Of a DNA stretch of 64,000 nt, positions 62,306 to 64,000 are shown piece by piece. Positions within the stretch are counted from its first letter, which is position 1. Each line of letters starts with the position of its first letter. The stretch lies in the IMG/VR virus record IMGVR_UViG_3300043432_000238, positions 15,333 through 79,332 of that record; one strand, 5' to 3'. Below the pieces are notes generated by a model, which was not told the origin of the DNA, did no database searches, and saw only the letters and a list, made by a program, of their open reading frames with translations. This stretch comes from a virus. Its lineage: Duplodnaviria; Caudoviricetes. The translations under genes and the position numbers were made by a program.

Positions 62306-62374
62306 ATGAGATGGCTGACCCTCGGGGCGGTCGCTTTTCTTGTGGTGTCAGCGATATTGGAATGGTGGAAATAA
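62306..62374 (+). CDS. 22-aa membrane peptide
   Basis: MRWLTLGAVAFLVVSAILEWWK. Confidence 0.4.
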   Translation: MRWLTLGAVAFLVVSAILEWWK

Positions 62375-62386
62375 GCCTGGATCTCG

Positions 62387-64000
62387 CGTCCCTCCACGCG
62401 CGCTCGGGCGACGAAAGTGACAAACTTTAAGGTGCAAGCGCAAGCAAGAAATTTTTTTAGAAATTCAAAAGCCGTCCCCCCATACGCGTTCGGGGCGACC
62501 CTGACAATCCATATTCGGGCGCAATTGACTTTGCATCCCTCCACACGCGCTCGGGGCGACCACAAATATCTGCGTTCTAATATAGGCTCCTAATCGTCCC
62601 TCCACACGCGCTCGGAGCGACCTCCGTGTAAGGCAATATACGGACAAACATGCATCGTCCCCCCGTACGCGTTTGGGCGACCAGTCCGCCGACGATTTAA
62701 TCAAGCCGCACGGAACGTCCCCCCCGTACGCGTTTGGGCGATCTTAGACGCGTCACGCGCAAGAGAACCTTCTTAACGTCCCCCTCTACGCGCTCGGGAC
62801 GACCCAGGAACATATGTCGCATCTCCATTGATGCACGCGTCCCCCTCTACGCGCTCGGGACGACCTTCCGGGTAGCGACGCGATCTCTGTTTCCAGAGCG
62901 TCCCCCTCTACGCGCTCGGGACGACCCGTCACCACCCGAAACTTGACGTGGGCGGCGCACGTCCCCCTCTACGCGCTCGGGACGACCTTGTAGCTGAAAG
63001 GAGGAAAGCTCAATTTCAGACGTCCCCCTCTACGCGCTCGGGACGACCTGCCTGCGTCGCGGCCTCGCTTGTTGTTTGCCACGTCCCCCTCTACGCGCTC
63101 GGGACGACCTCCAATTTTGCAATTATTTGTGGGAGTATAAGACGTCCCCCTCTACGCGCTCGGGACGACCGCCGAATGATGGCGCCTGCCTCTCCTGCAT
63201 CTACGTCCCCCTCTACGCGCTCGGGACGACCCGCTGCGGTAGTCGGCCCGGAACGATGACGCGCCGTCCCCCTCTACGCGCTCGGGACGACCCAACCTTG
63301 GCATCCTCACCGAGATCGCTCCAGCCGTCCCCCTCTACGCGCTCGGGACGACCGCGATCCCCACCAGCGTGACTGACACGTCGTGCCGTCCCCCTCTACG
63401 CGCTCGGGACGACCTCGGAAGGCTTCCAGTTCGCGCGCGCCGTCAATCGTCCCCCTCTACGCGCTCGGGACGACCTGGCTTTGGGGTTCCAATGCCCTTC
63501 TTGGATTTCGTCCCCCTCTACGCGCTCGGGACGACCCTTGAGGCAGGCGACACTGAGCGATGGAACGAGCGTCCCCCTCTACGCGCTCGGGACGACCGCG
63601 TTGCCGATCATGACTTCGATCCTAAGACCACGTCCCCCTCTACGCGCTCGGGACGACCTTGCCCAGGCCCTCGAAGACCGAGGCATTCCGGCGTCCCCCT
63701 CTACGCGCTCGGGACGACCGTACGTCTTACCAACAACTTGCAAACCACCTAGCGTCCCCCTCTACGCGCTCGGGACGACCTCGACCTGGGCTTCCAGGCT
63801 TTCGAGGGTGTAACGTCCCCCTCTACGCGCTCGGGACGACCGCAGACATTCGCCAGATATCGCATCAACGGAGACGTCCCCCTCTACGCGCTCGGGACGA
63901 CCTCGTAGTCGTTGTCGGGGTCGCGGCACATCGTCCGTCCCCCTCTACGCGCTCGGGACGACCGTTGGCGCCAAGATCATGAAAGTGCCGCCAGGGCGTC
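62387..64000. CRISPR. CRISPR array: 28-bp repeat CGTCCCCCTCTACGCGCTCGGGACGACC, 33-bp spacers, continuing past the window edge
   Basis: 20 identical repeats at 61-bp periodicity (62777 to 63936), 6 degenerate repeats (62387, 62473, 62534, 62595, 62656, 62716), a partial repeat at 63997, and unique spacers. No cas genes in the window. Confidence 0.97.

Larger units (their letters stand above)
1..62374. mobile_element. Temperate-type podovirus-like phage or prophage (BPP-1/T7-like virion module); left end lies outside the window
   Basis: Contiguous recombination, CI/Cro, replication, TerS/TerL, portal, capsid, tail tube A/B, internal virion and lysis genes. No host housekeeping gene, integrase or att site is visible. 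Confidence 0.95.

Noticed and set aside
62245-63982. ORFs with repeating RPPLRARDD, SPSTRSGRP or VPLYALGTT
   Set aside because: These are translations of the CRISPR repeat in rotating frames.
62805-63996. Self-targeting of the prophage by CRISPR spacers
   Set aside because: Spot checks by eye found no convincing protospacer in the window. This was not exhaustive and needs a real alignment.
1-64000. Integrase, att sites, tRNA/rRNA, IS elements and cas genes
   Set aside because: None were recognisable; they may lie outside the window.

Overview
Nearly the whole window (1 to about 62,370) is one temperate-type, podovirus-like phage or prophage. An alphaproteobacterial host is inferred from the GcrA homologue, the high GC and the endolysin type. 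The order is: leftward early operon (YqaJ exonuclease, DEDDh exonuclease, RecT-like annealing protein); CI/Cro switch with operators on both sides; rightward replication genes (GcrA, adenine methyltransferase, SSB, helicase-like ATPase followed by a G-tract inverted repeat); opposite-strand accessory operons; TerS; a 13-kb cassette; TerL, portal, scaffold, major capsid, tail tube A/B and internal virion proteins including a 3,947-aa polyvalent protein; toxin-antitoxin morons; and a lysis cassette. A CRISPR array starts 12 bp after the last phage ORF (28-bp repeat, 33-bp spacers, 26 repeats plus a partial one at the edge; no cas genes in view). The strongest novel signal is the TerS-TerL cassette. 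It encodes 3 paralogous glycosyltransferases, a Maf-like transferase, a sulfotransferase, 4 methyltransferases, an SDR and a P-loop kinase. In parallel, six structural or structural-like proteins carry 37 copies of the tripeptide Asp-Thr-Gly in about 2,200 aa, against 1 in the 3,947-aa ejected protein. This suggests a phage-encoded, sequon-directed virion glycosylation and decoration system. All assignments come from motif recognition by eye; no database searches were run, and several start codons were re-picked from the ORF track.
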